Shown: positions 20,113 through 30,700 of the stretch, piece after piece
Position numbering within the stretch: the first letter of the stretch is position 1
How the letters are laid out: each line of letters opens with the position of its first letter
NCBI GenBank assembly: GCA_016932785.1
Contig: JAFGCJ010000002.1
Span: 145,777-209,776, forward strand
Source of the DNA: Candidatus Dojkabacteria bacterium
Lineage (GTDB): Bacteria; Patescibacteriota; Dojkabacteria; SC72; JAFGCJ01
Reading direction: 5' to 3'
Length of the DNA stretch: 64,000 nucleotides
Program-made: the position numbers and the translations under genes
Notes under the pieces: model-generated
What the model was told of the DNA's origin: nothing
The model's input: the letters and a program-made list of their open reading frames with translations, nothing else
Databases searched by the model: none

Positions 20113-21194
20113 TATCTTGGCCCCACTTTTTTCTCGAACGCTTCGATAGATAGTTCAATAATCCTGTCAAAAAAATCCCCCGGTCCCATTCCTGCTTCAG
20201 CTGCCTGATGAAAAACCATAGTAGAAGGAGTTACACCCGGCAATGTATTCGGTTCTAAAATTATAAGCTTTCCATCTTTCCAGAAAGCATCAATTCTGCT
20301 ATAAACACTTAGTTCCATAGCCTTGTACGCTTTAACAAATTCAGCTTTTACTTTCTCAACAGTACCCTCGTCCATTCCAGTCGGAGGAGTAATCATTGAA
20401 GCATCACCTGGAAGAAACTTCTCTTCCACCGTAAGGAAATCACCTTTTTTGGGTGTTTCAGTTGGGGTCAAAGCCTCAGGATTATCATTTCCAATAATTG
20501 TACAGGTAATCTCCTGAGCATCAATAAACTCCTCAATCAAAATGAGAATATCCCAATTCAAAGCCTCATCAATTGCCTTCCTAAGCTCCTTCTGATCTTT
20601 CACCTTGGCAACGGCTGTGCTGCATCCCTCTCGGCTGGGTTTAACTATCATGGGATAGTTAAATTCACCTTCGATCGTCTTAATTATTGTCTCAGGATCA
20701 TCCTCATAATCTTCTTGAATTACCGGCATATGCTTTGGAACGTTAAGTCCTGCACCCTTAAGAACCTTTCTCTGATAATACTTATCCATTCCAATTGCTG
20801 CACCGATTATCCCGGGACCATTATATGGAATACCCAGAAACTCCAATAAGCCTTGAAGTGCTCCATCTTCTACAAACTTCCCATGAAGACCAAGAAATGC
20901 TATCTCGATATGATCCGGCAATTCCTGATAGGTAAGATTTTGTGCCCCCTGATTCTCAAGCTCTCCTTGGATGTCTTCTGTCGTATTCATCCAAAGCAGC
21001 GCCTCATTGATAATCCAAAATTTCAAGTCAGTACTGACAAAAATCGGAATCTTCTCATACTTTGAGTCATCCAAACTATTGTAAATATGTCTCCCACTTT
21101 CAAGCGAGATCTCACGCTCTGACGAAGGTCCCCCCATCATTACTCCGACCTTTATCTTGCTATTTTCATCCTTCAATTTTTCTGACAAAGTCAT
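20112..21194 (-). CDS. ddl: D-alanine--D-alanine ligase
   Basis: 360 aa ATP-grasp protein. Motifs include VGVMMGGPSSEREISLESG, LHGKFVEDGALQGLLE and LEPNTLPGVTPSSM. Confidence 0.9.
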   Translation of the reverse strand: MTLSEKLKDENSKIKVGVMMGGPSSEREISLESGRHIYNSLDDSKYEKIPIFVSTDLKFWIINEALLWMNTTEDIQGELENQGAQNLTYQELPDHIEIAFLGLHGKFVEDGALQGLLEFLGIPYNGPGIIGAAIGMDKYYQRKVLKGAGLNVPKHMPVIQEDYEDDPETIIKTIEGEFNYPMIVKPSREGCSTAVAKVKDQKELRKAIDEALNWDILILIEEFIDAQEITCTIIGNDNPEALTPTETPKKGDFLTVEEKFLPGDASMITPPTGMDEGTVEKVKAEFVKAYKAMELSVYSRIDAFWKDGKLIILEPNTLPGVTPSTMVFHQAAEAGMGPGDFFDRIIELSIEAFEKKVGPR

Positions 21195-21211
21195 CGGTTA
21201 TTACAGAGAAT

Positions 21212-22402
21212 TTATTGCAAAGTTCCTTTTTTCTTCGAATGCTCATCTACTGCCAGATTTATTATCATGGTAATCAGACCTCGAGGCGATATTCCTGCCT
21301 TGACCTTTCCTCCTTTAATGGCAGAAGACTTACCTCCAATGCCTTTTGTTCCACCAAACTTTAGTTCAGATCGAGATGCTTGCTGGAACACATACGATGA
21401 TGGAACCATTATAGTACCAGTATGAGGTTCACTAACATAAACTTCATTATCGACGACAAACCCGTCTACACGCCCATAACCTTTTATACCAAGAGTCTCA
21501 TAAACTCTAACAGCAGTTTCTTTTACTTTTTCCACCATTTCGTCAGAAACTCTAGGAGGTGTGTGATACTGAGCCTTTCCAGGCATATACTTACTCTCGT
21601 AGGTGTGAATTTCGCCTTCAAATTCGACTTCCGTTGGCGTCATTGCAGAAGGATTTTTATTCCCAAGCACAACACACATAAACTCAACACCATCAACAAA
21701 CTCCTCTGCCAAAATTTCCTTATCCCATTTAAAGGCTTCTTCCACAGCTTTCTCGAGGCTATTCCTATCCTTAGCAAATGATACACCGACACTGGATCCT
21801 TCTCTTGTCGGTTTCACAACAACAGGGTAATTCAAATTAGACTCAATATTTTTTACAATTTCATTATTTTTCTTCTCGTCTTCCCAATCATTGGAATAAA
21901 AACAGACATCCTTGGGAACGGTAACCCCAATTCTAGAAAGAATCTGCTTTGTGACACGCTTGTGCATACAAACGGCCGATGGAAGAATTCCTGAGCCGGT
22001 ATAAGGTATCTTAAGAAGTTCAAGCAGCCCTTGTATAGCTCCGTCCTCACCATATTTCCCCAGTAGAGCAATAAACATTACATCTACAATTTCGTTCAGT
22101 TTTTCATACTTGATCTCCTCGGCTTCTCCAAGACGGGACTCGACATCTTCGGTTTTGTTCTGAATTACAAGCTTATCTGGAATCCTATAAACCCTGGCAT
22201 CTGACGCCATATATAAAGGAATCGCGTCAAATTGGCTCCTATCCACAAGCGAATACACATACCTACCGGTAGCAAGAGAAATCTCCTTCTCTGCTGATAA
22301 TCCGCCAAAAATAACCCCTACTTTTATCTTTTCATTACTATCTCCCATAACTACTAGGTTAGATATTATATCAAAAGCCTGTTTGGGACAACTGTATATC
22401 AT
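21212..22402 (-). CDS. Ddl-like ATP-grasp ligase, divergent paralog with C-terminal extension
   Basis: 396 aa. It is collinear with ddl (VGVIFGGLSAEKEISLATG, LLGKYGEDGAIQGLLE), but the Mg/ATP loop reads SEPHTGTIMVPSS. It carries an extra tail of about 45 aa rich in Gly and Lys. The true start may be the internal M at 22348. Confidence 0.75.
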   Translation of the reverse strand: MIYSCPKQAFDIISNLVVMGDSNEKIKVGVIFGGLSAEKEISLATGRYVYSLVDRSQFDAIPLYMASDARVYRIPDKLVIQNKTEDVESRLGEAEEIKYEKLNEIVDVMFIALLGKYGEDGAIQGLLELLKIPYTGSGILPSAVCMHKRVTKQILSRIGVTVPKDVCFYSNDWEDEKKNNEIVKNIESNLNYPVVVKPTREGSSVGVSFAKDRNSLEKAVEEAFKWDKEILAEEFVDGVEFMCVVLGNKNPSAMTPTEVEFEGEIHTYESKYMPGKAQYHTPPRVSDEMVEKVKETAVRVYETLGIKGYGRVDGFVVDNEVYVSEPHTGTIMVPSSYVFQQASRSELKFGGTKGIGGKSSAIKGGKVKAGISPRGLITMIINLAVDEHSKKKGTLQ

Positions 22403-22435
22403 ACAACGGCTCTTATGAGCCTACATTACAAGGAA

Positions 22436-22984
22436 TTATTCCAAAACAGTTTTCATCTTTCTACGGATTCTGTGAAGTTTGGTGGCCACATTTGACTCAG
22501 AAAGCCCCATCCTCTCAGAAATATCACGATTACTTAATCTTTCAAAATACTTAAAATACAGGAGATACTGATCCTCGCTTTCAAATGAAGCAATTATATT
22601 AAAAAGCTCCTTTTCTCTTTCATTATGTAGTACATCCTCCTCAAGGTCAGAAACCGCCATTTTTTCAGTTCCAATTTCCTCCTTCAAGCTAGTTCTTTTA
22701 TCCTTCTTATCACTGCGATAATAGTCGTAAACAGTATTTCTGGCTATCCGAAAAATCCAACATCCAAAACTAACTCCCTTCCACTTGAACTGGCTTATCT
22801 TCGTCATTGCCTTTTCGAAAACCTTTGAAGTAAGATCCTCTGCTATCTCCCTGTCGGAGACTTTTTTCAAAATGAAGCTCTCAACCTTATCTTTATAAAT
22901 TACATAAAGGTCTCCGAAGTGTTTCCTGTTTTTCTGAGCTCTTCGAACAAGCTTTTTTTCTTTTTCAATATCTTTATTAATCAT
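22436..22984 (-). CDS. RNA polymerase sigma-70 family (ECF-type) sigma factor
   Basis: 182 aa. It has a region 2-like segment (FGDLYVIYKDKVESFILKK ... WIFRIARNTVYDYYR) and the region 4 HTH (LSNRDISERMGLSESNVATKLHRIRRKM). Confidence 0.8.
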   Translation of the reverse strand: MINKDIEKEKKLVRRAQKNRKHFGDLYVIYKDKVESFILKKVSDREIAEDLTSKVFEKAMTKISQFKWKGVSFGCWIFRIARNTVYDYYRSDKKDKRTSLKEEIGTEKMAVSDLEEDVLHNEREKELFNIIASFESEDQYLLYFKYFERLSNRDISERMGLSESNVATKLHRIRRKMKTVLE

Positions 22985-23769
22985 GAAACTCTTTGAATAA
23001 ATCTTTCGACTTCAATTTCTGTTCTAATAAGGCTATCTTGAATTTTCCTTGTTTTGATGCCCAAACTTGCGAGAGTAGCGCAACTCATAGCTATCGGCAT
23101 ATACATAAACTCACCGCGTTGCAAGGCATAAAACCTGAAGCTTCTAACCGAATCTGTTTGATTCAAGTTTCTAATCTTTACATCCATGGCAGTACCATTT
23201 TCAGATTCAGAAAAATCGACTATCTGAAAATTAGCAATTTTCTCATTGCCCACTGTAACTACTTTCCGGCCCGCCTTATCAGATAAATTCAGTGACCCAG
23301 CTGCATTAGACGGAAGAACCACAATATCTTTTGTATTACTACAAAGCAGTTTCTCCAAGTATCTAAGCTTTAGGTCAGCATTAACCAAAATAGATATCTC
23401 TGGTTTCAGTATATCCAGCCAATAAGAAGCTATATCCTTTTTGAAAGTATTCATCTGAAGAATTGTCCACGTAAAATTCCTTCTTCCAAAAGCAAGTCTC
23501 AGTATATTTCTAATTAGTAGTAACAACCACTGTGCAGAAGTATGATGAACATCCTCCTCTCCAAGAATAGACAATGGAATTGAAAAGTCCCAAAAAGGTC
23601 TTTCAAGCTGCCACCTGACAACATATTCAGAAAGCATCATCTGCCCCAGAATTTCTCCTGTAAGCTTGGTTCCATGGATTCCAGCAACAACAATAATTTT
23701 CATCCCATGCTTCTTTATAGACCACCGCGAGAGAAGCTTGAGAATATGCCTCAAAACTTTTCTTAACAT
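22981..23769 (-). CDS. Truncated MurF-like protein with degenerate P-loop (probable pseudoenzyme)
   Basis: 262 aa. The N-terminus (ILKLLSRWSIKKHGMKIIVVAGIHGTKLTGEILG ... FSIPLSILG) mimics the MurF N-terminus, P-loop and NxxGxPLT region. GxxGKT is replaced by GIHGTK, and the C-terminal Mur ligase domain is absent. An ATGA overlap links it to the sigma gene. Confidence 0.55.
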   Translation of the reverse strand: MLRKVLRHILKLLSRWSIKKHGMKIIVVAGIHGTKLTGEILGQMMLSEYVVRWQLERPFWDFSIPLSILGEEDVHHTSAQWLLLLIRNILRLAFGRRNFTWTILQMNTFKKDIASYWLDILKPEISILVNADLKLRYLEKLLCSNTKDIVVLPSNAAGSLNLSDKAGRKVVTVGNEKIANFQIVDFSESENGTAMDVKIRNLNQTDSVRSFRFYALQRGEFMYMPIAMSCATLASLGIKTRKIQDSLIRTEIEVERFIQRVS

Positions 23770-23816
23770 AGTGAAATTTTACAAACATATACGAACTATA
23801 TCAATCCGATCTCGTT

Positions 23817-25598
23817 TTATTCCGGAGCAATTCCAAGTTCCATAGCAATATTTTTATAGATATTTACCCAGACAGGTACCGCAGTCAAAGCTGCATAGGT
23901 ACTTGTCTGAGGTTCTTCCAACCTTACAATCATTATCATTTTGGCTCCGTGCACCGGAGAAAACCCAACAAACGTTGTGTTTGTCCTATCTTCGTAATAT
24001 CCATATTCATCTTCTAAAGGAATCTGAGCCGTACCGGTTTTCCCGGCTATACTGTAGTTTGAAAGGGTCTGCCTAAAGTATAAGCTTCCGTCCCCCTCTT
24101 TTACGACGGTCTCCATCATACTTTGAACCTCTCTCGCTGTTTCAACAGAAATCGGTTGACTTGCAACCTCGGGCTCTATTTCTATATGTTCTTTATCATC
24201 GTAAAGCTCCTTAACCAGATATGGACGCATCCTGGTTCCATCGTTAGCAATAGTAGAGACAGCTGATACGATTTGAAGTGGCGTGGCAGAAATCATTTGT
24301 CCAAAAGAAGACGATGCTAAGTCAAGCTCTGTCCAGTAACCCAGTGGTTTAAGATAACTTGTAGCTTCGTCCTGTAGTCCAATACCGACAAATTCACCAA
24401 TTCCAAACTCTTGAAGATAATAGTAGTTTCTGTCGATTCCAACCTCAAGACCTATTTTGATAGCACAGACATTATTTGAGTATTTTAGTACATCTCTAGG
24501 CTTAAGATCTCCATCAGGAAGCTTATCCCAAGTATATAAAGTCTTATCATAGATCTTTATATACCCAGTATCGTCAGTACATACAGTGTCTGGGGTAATC
24601 CTTTCATCTTCCAGAGCCATAGATAGCGTAAGAACTTTGTTTACCGATCCATACTCATAAACATCTGATACAGCTTTGTTTTTGAAATTTTCTGGATTAT
24701 CTTCCTGCCAATAAAAATTCGGGTCGTAGCTTGGATAGTTTGCCATAGCAATAATCTCTCCGGTTTTAGGATCGAGAACTATAGCTGAGCCACTTTTAGC
24801 CTTGTGCTCTTTAACCCCCTCTTCAAGATACTTCTCAACTCTTGCCTGAATACTAGGGACTATTGTTAAAACAATATTCTTACCTTCTCTCGGAACAACT
24901 GGATCGTACTCTCCAGTCATAATAACGTTGCCTTTAGAGTCCTTCTCTTCATACTTGAAACCTTCCTGACCCAAGAGATCACCGGCATAATAGCCCTCCA
25001 AACCATACCTCCCAACATCGTTTCCGTCCTCATCTTTTCCAACAAACCCCAGGATATGGCTGGCTAGACGACCGTCAGGGTAAATTCGTTTTTCTTCTTT
25101 TTCAAAATGTATTCCGAATAAGGCCTTCTGTTCTATTTCTTTCTTAACCTCATTAGTAACAGCATGCTTAAGCGGAACATATCTAAATCCCTCTACCAAA
25201 GCTTCATCCATCTCATCCGGATCAATATCAAGTATCTCAGAAAGAGTGTTAACAAATTTATCTCTATTTTCTTCAAACTGTTTTCTATCTTGTTCCTCAG
25301 CACTAACTGAAGCATAAACGCCCCAGACAGGTTCATCTACCGCAAGAACGGATCCATCGGCTGTATATATCGTCCCTCTAGATGTTGGAAGTCTACTTTC
25401 CTCAACGACCTGAGCTCTCGCAAGATCACTCAATCTATCATGCTCAATTATCTGCCACCTATACATCTGAAATATCAGCCCACCAACAAATGCTGGGAAT
25501 ATTACAAGAACAAGTACCAAATATCTCCAGTTGAAATCCCTGGATTTGCTTTTATTCTTTTCCCGTCCAGAATCACGAGATAAAATTGACCTATTCAT
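23817..25598 (-). CDS. ftsI: Penicillin-binding protein 2/FtsI-type transpeptidase
   Basis: 593 aa with an N-terminal TM segment. It has SxxK (GSVNKV) and KTGTA. It sits directly after ftsL in the dcw cluster. Confidence 0.9.
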   Translation of the reverse strand: MNRSILSRDSGREKNKSKSRDFNWRYLVLVLVIFPAFVGGLIFQMYRWQIIEHDRLSDLARAQVVEESRLPTSRGTIYTADGSVLAVDEPVWGVYASVSAEEQDRKQFEENRDKFVNTLSEILDIDPDEMDEALVEGFRYVPLKHAVTNEVKKEIEQKALFGIHFEKEEKRIYPDGRLASHILGFVGKDEDGNDVGRYGLEGYYAGDLLGQEGFKYEEKDSKGNVIMTGEYDPVVPREGKNIVLTIVPSIQARVEKYLEEGVKEHKAKSGSAIVLDPKTGEIIAMANYPSYDPNFYWQEDNPENFKNKAVSDVYEYGSVNKVLTLSMALEDERITPDTVCTDDTGYIKIYDKTLYTWDKLPDGDLKPRDVLKYSNNVCAIKIGLEVGIDRNYYYLQEFGIGEFVGIGLQDEATSYLKPLGYWTELDLASSSFGQMISATPLQIVSAVSTIANDGTRMRPYLVKELYDDKEHIEIEPEVASQPISVETAREVQSMMETVVKEGDGSLYFRQTLSNYSIAGKTGTAQIPLEDEYGYYEDRTNTTFVGFSPVHGAKMIMIVRLEEPQTSTYAALTAVPVWVNIYKNIAMELGIAPE

Positions 25599-25989
25599 TT
25601 CCAGAATTATAACTCAGGTCAGCAGTTGTAGACGTAGGTTCCAGATATATTACCTTTTCAGCTCTCTTCATTTCTAAATCTTTTTCCGACCTTGCTTTTA
25701 TTATAGACATTGAAGAATACTTCGCTATTTCATGTTCTATCTTTCTATTTTCTTCGATAAGCATTTCCTTTTCCTGATTTAGTCTCCTAAGTTCCTTACC
25801 TCTAGGACTCAGAACAGATACAATAACAAGCTGCACAACACAAAATGCAAGAACAACAGCTACAAAAACACCGACTGATAATGTAGGAACCGAAAAACCT
25901 TTCTTTAAATTGTTAGCGGAGGTCTCATCCATTTTTCCCCTATTTTGGAGCATGAACTTAAGTTTCCTCCTTAGACAGGAAATCTTCAT
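25591..25989 (-). CDS. ftsL: FtsL-like cell division protein
   Basis: 132 aa. It has a single TM segment (VGVFVAVVLAFCVVQLVIVSVL) followed by a coiled-coil-like segment. It lies between rsmH and ftsI. Confidence 0.6.
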   Translation of the reverse strand: MKISCLRRKLKFMLQNRGKMDETSANNLKKGFSVPTLSVGVFVAVVLAFCVVQLVIVSVLSPRGKELRRLNQEKEMLIEENRKIEHEIAKYSSMSIIKARSEKDLEMKRAEKVIYLEPTSTTADLSYNSGNE

Positions 25990-26006
25990 TTGGGCAGTTT
26001 TAATAT

Positions 26007-26936
26007 TTAATTTTTTCTCACAGCCCTAAGCTTCGCACTGCGAGCTCTAGGGTTTGATTCAATTTCGGTTTTTTCCGGTACCTCAGGCTTTCTCGTAATA
26101 ACCTCAACTTCTCCTTTCGTCTCCCATTCAGAAAACACATTCTTAACAATCCTATCCTCCAGAGAGTGATAGGAGACAACTACAACAGTACACCCTCGCT
26201 TAGCCAACGAAAGGGCCGAATTTAACCCTTGACTTAGGCTCAACAACTCATCATTAACTGCTATTCGCAAGGCTTGAAAAGTACGCCTTGCAGGATGTTT
26301 CGAGCCCTTTCGGTAGCCGGCCGGTACATTCTTACGGATAATTTCAACTAATTCACCTGAAGTCATATCTTTATAATCATTTTCATTCAACCAATGCTTC
26401 ACTCCTCTAGCTATTCTTTTCGCGAATCTCTCCTCACCATATTCCTGGATTATCTTCTCCAGCTGTTTCGCTCCGGCAACTTTTAGTAAGTCCGTAGCTC
26501 TAACACCCAGAGATTTATCCATTCTCATATCAAGTACTTCATTCCTTAGATAGCTAAAACCCCTCAATCCATTATCAATTTGCCTGGAGGACATTCCAAG
26601 ATCATAGACAATTCCATCAACTTTCTTGAGCTTCAGGTCATTAATTATTTCTTTAATATCTCTGAAATTACCTTTAACAAGATGCCAATTACCACTTTTA
26701 AGTTTCACCTTATACCTGCTAGTAACAAAATCTATTGAGTCCTGATCCAAATCTATACTTACCAACGTGCCGTCTGGACTCAATTTTCTAAGTATTTCAA
26801 TACTGTAACCACCGTCCCCCAACGTACAATCAACGTAAACACCATCGGGTTTGATTTCAAGATATTCAAGAATTTTTTTTAAAAGAACTGGTTTATGTAT
26901 TACTCTTTGTTCTGTTTCAGCCTGCTTTTTGTTCAT
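26007..26936 (-). CDS. rsmH: 16S rRNA (cytosine1402-N4)-methyltransferase RsmH
   Basis: 309 aa. Motifs include HKPVLL, DCTLGDGGYS, DLGMSS and SYHSLEDR. Confidence 0.95.
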   Translation of the reverse strand: MNKKQAETEQRVIHKPVLLKKILEYLEIKPDGVYVDCTLGDGGYSIEILRKLSPDGTLVSIDLDQDSIDFVTSRYKVKLKSGNWHLVKGNFRDIKEIINDLKLKKVDGIVYDLGMSSRQIDNGLRGFSYLRNEVLDMRMDKSLGVRATDLLKVAGAKQLEKIIQEYGEERFAKRIARGVKHWLNENDYKDMTSGELVEIIRKNVPAGYRKGSKHPARRTFQALRIAVNDELLSLSQGLNSALSLAKRGCTVVVVSYHSLEDRIVKNVFSEWETKGEVEVITRKPEVPEKTEIESNPRARSAKLRAVRKN

Positions 26937-27376
26937 TCCTGTTGTCCACGAATTACTTCCGCAATTTCCTGAGCTATATCTTCCCCGTTTTCCTTCACAT
27001 ACTCCTCATGCTCACGCCACTGTTCATCGCTCCAAATCTCAACCCAATTAACTAGCCCGAGAAAAACAGCTTCCTTGCTTAACCCCGAAAATTCTACTAA
27101 CCCTTTGGGAACAACGAATCTTCCTTGAGTATCAAGATCAACCTCGTGAGCGCCAGCAAGCAAAAACCTTCCAGCATCCCGAATTTTTCTATCAATAAAG
27201 GTACCTTGTGTTATCTCCTTGGTTATCACTTCCCATCTTTTCTGATCGACTGCTATAAGACACCCCTCATATCCCCTAGTAACAATAAGTTTGTCTCCCA
27301 TCTCATTGCGAAACTGCTTTGGAAAGGCCACACGATTTTTCTCCCCAACCTTGCTTTTATATTGACCTATTATCAT
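26933..27376 (-). CDS. mraZ: Transcriptional regulator MraZ
   Basis: 147 aa. It has two SpoVT/AbrB-like repeats with the DxxxR-type motifs (GEKNRVAFPKQFR and DTQGRFVVPKGL). It is the first gene of the dcw cluster. Confidence 0.9.
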   Translation of the reverse strand: MIIGQYKSKVGEKNRVAFPKQFRNEMGDKLIVTRGYEGCLIAVDQKRWEVITKEITQGTFIDRKIRDAGRFLLAGAHEVDLDTQGRFVVPKGLVEFSGLSKEAVFLGLVNWVEIWSDEQWREHEEYVKENGEDIAQEIAEVIRGQQE

Positions 27377-27423
27377 TTTTTAGTATTTTCGGGAATTTTA
27401 TTTTATAGAGCTATTCTATCATC

Positions 27424-27453
27424 ATTCACCACCATTCACCACTATTCACCACC
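27424..27453 (-). promoter_or_regulatory. Three 10-bp direct repeats (GGTGGTGAAT / AGTGGTGAAT / GGTGGTGAAT), candidate MraZ operator
   Basis: The plus strand reads attcaccacc-attcaccact-attcaccacc. The repeats lie 48-77 nt upstream of the mraZ start. A TATAAA -10-like hexamer (27402-27407, minus strand) lies between the repeats and the gene. Confidence 0.6.
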
Positions 27454-27716
27454 CAGAGTAGCACAGGAATATAGGACTTGTCAAATCCCAAAACAAGATA
27501 AGAAAATAGCCGAAGACAACAGGCCTTATAAGAAGAAAAACCTTCCGCTAACAGCAAAATATGGACAATAATTTATTCGTTACAAAACCGATTAAAAAAC
27601 GTATAGAAATAAGGATGCTAGGAAAACCCGTAAATTATGGTTATATTCTATTTAATATCAATACAGGACATAAATTAATAGACTATAACTAATGAATTAT
27701 ATATAATGAACCAGAA

Positions 27717-30700
27717 ATGAAATACCGCTACAAAGTTACAAACGCCAGAAATTCTGGTAATAGAATAACCAAATCCGTTCACGGACGTGGCTCAAAATCA
27801 TTCAAATATCGCAAGATTAAACGGTACAGTCCATCGAGGAAAAAATCCCCCGCATGGAAATTCGGTTCACTTAAGAAACTGGGTGGCCCTAAATTCAAAA
27901 AAACCGCAAGTAAAGTACTCGGCGTCTTTCTTGGTATTGGGGTCCTTGTGACAATTGGCGTTTCTATCTTTGTAGGAGCAACACTTGCCAGCATCAAGAA
28001 ATCCCTTCCAGGGCCAAACGAACTAATAGACTGGGAATCAGCCGAAAGTACAGAAATCTATGATCGCGGCGGTCCAGACGATGGTGAGTTACTGTATACA
28101 ATATATGGTGATCAGAACAGAGAATTTGTAGATATCGAAGAAATTCCCAACGAAACGAAATGGGCACTTCTTGCTGCAGAAGATGTCGAATTTTATGATC
28201 ACAAAGGACTTGATATTCCAGGAATTATTAAAGCCGCCTATCAAAATATTGTACTCAACCAAACCCGTGGTGCCAGTACAATAAGTCAGCAGCTCGTAAG
28301 AAACACCCTTCTATTCAAAATTTTGGGTGATCAAGCTTACGAAAGAACTCTTACTCGAAAGGCAAAAGAGGCACTGATTACTATGCAACTCGAACAAACG
28401 ATGACCAAAGATGAAATTCTCCAGATGTACATGAATGAGATACCTCTCGGTGGTACCAACTACGGATATCAAGCGGCATCGAAGGCATACTTTGGAAAAG
28501 ATGTAAGCGAGTTATCACTAGCCGAAAGTGCTCTTCTTGCAGGTCTCATACAAGCTCCTGGAGCTTACTCTCCTCTTTTTGGAAGTAATCCTGAGGATGC
28601 TGTAGAAAGACAGCATTTCGTGCTCGACCAAATGTATGAAAAACGGGATTATATTCAAAAGACATCGAAAAAGCACGGCGAAGAAATCGTGATTACCAAG
28701 GAAATGATCGAAGAGGCAAAAAACGAAGAGATCATTTATAAAGAAGCAGAACTTGATATCCCAGCCCCACACTTTGTTTTCTATGTAAAACAACTTCTCA
28801 TTGAAAAGTACGGAATTGACCGTGTCCAAAGAGGAGGTTTAAAGGTCACGACTACCTTGGATTCTGATTTACAGAAAATAGCCGAAGAAGAAATTAAGGC
28901 TGGAGTTAATAAATACCGTGCACCCTACAATGTATATAACGGCGGCATGGTAGTAATAGATCCACGGACAGGTCAGATTATGTCCATGGTCGGGTCCTAC
29001 GATTACAATACGCAAGACGAGTCAGGTAAGATTGATGGAAAGGTAAACGTAACAACTGCACTCCGTCAAATGGGTTCCTCAGTTAAGCCTTATACATACC
29101 TTACTGCATTTCACAAGGGCTACAGCCCTGCACTACTGACACCAGATATTCCTTTCAATTTCGGTTATAAAGCCAAAAACTGGGATGGCCAATATAAGGG
29201 CCTAATGCTTGCACGCCAGGCACTTGTTGAATCAAGAAACATACCGGCACTTTACACTATGGATCTTATAGGAGGTCCTGACGAATTCATCAAAACAGCA
29301 GAAACCCTTGGTATAACAACTCTTACGGAACGAGATAGATACGGGCTAAGTCTCACACTTGGCGCAGGCGAGATGAAGCTGCTTGAGCACACAGCCGCAT
29401 TCGGAGCTTTTGCGAACGGCGGTAAGATGCATCCAACAACACCATTTCTCAAGGTTGAAACATCAAAAGGAGAGGTACTTGAAGAATGGAAAGAAGAAGA
29501 CACAAAGCAGGTTTGGGACGAGAAAGAAATATATCTTCTGAACTGGACACTATGCGATATAGGAAATCAGGGTCGTATTTTCGCACAAAATTATAAGGTC
29601 GGAGACCAACGGCTTTGCGGTAAGACCGGAACAACCGACGGTCCAAGAGACTTATCCACTATTCTTTACTACCCGAATCTTGTTGTAGGAGTATGGGTAG
29701 GAAATAACAACAACGCCGAAACAATAGGTTCAGGAGGCCAAGCATGGAGTACAACAGTACCTCTTCCTATGGCACATTCATTCATGTCACGCGTAATTGG
29801 TAGATTTGGAAAAGCATGGTACTCCCGTCCTTCAGGAATAGTCTCAGGATCTGTTTGTAAAGATACAGGACTTCTCGCCAAATCAGGAAGTAGCTGCTCT
29901 AAGGTATCCTCTGTGTTCATTCAGGGTCATTTACCAGCTGTCGACAATTCATATACAGAAAAACCTATTTGTAAAGAAACAGGAAAAGTTGCAACCAACG
30001 AATCAGAGGCAAAGGCGCTTGGACTAATTGAATATAAAACATATCTAAAAATCACACTACCCATAGCAAAACATCAATCAGCCCTTGACTCATGGCTAAG
30101 TAAGAACAGTAAATATGGCTCAATTACGGCTATACCGGATTCAGCCATATGTCCGCTTCATCTAGGCCCTGATAACGCACCAACAATAAGCTTTACTTCG
30201 CCATCCTCAGGTAGTACTTACAACCAGGGAGATTCAGTAAACCTTAGCGTATCTATACAATCACTTAACGGAGTAAGCAAAGTTGAATACTTCTTCGACG
30301 GCAGTTCAATAGGAACCAAGACCAGTTCACCATACTCAATGACATACGATATTTCTTCTTCAGCCGCAATTGGATCACATTCCTTTACCGCCAAAGTTAC
30401 AGATAACGATGGCAAGTCAGGACAGGGATATGTTTCCATATCAGTTACATCACCATCCCCCACAATCTCAATCACAATGACGAGCCCAGGAGATGGATCT
30501 ACAATATCTCTTCCTCAAACAGTATCTGCGACAATAGACGGAAGCTATAGTACTGTTTCAAGCCTGAAATTCCGAGTAATCGGACCAACCACTAAGGAAA
30601 TAACAGCATCATCTTCGGATGGCGGTAGAAACTGGTCAGCATCACTTACCGGCCTAAGTGCGGGATCGTATCAGATATACGCGGTTGCACAAGCAGGCGG

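Noticed and set aside
27125-27571. A 148-aa plus-strand ORF spanning the mraZ 5' region and the intergenic repeats.
   Set aside because: It overlaps the well-supported mraZ gene antisense, has a low-complexity hydrophobic composition, and has no supporting signals.
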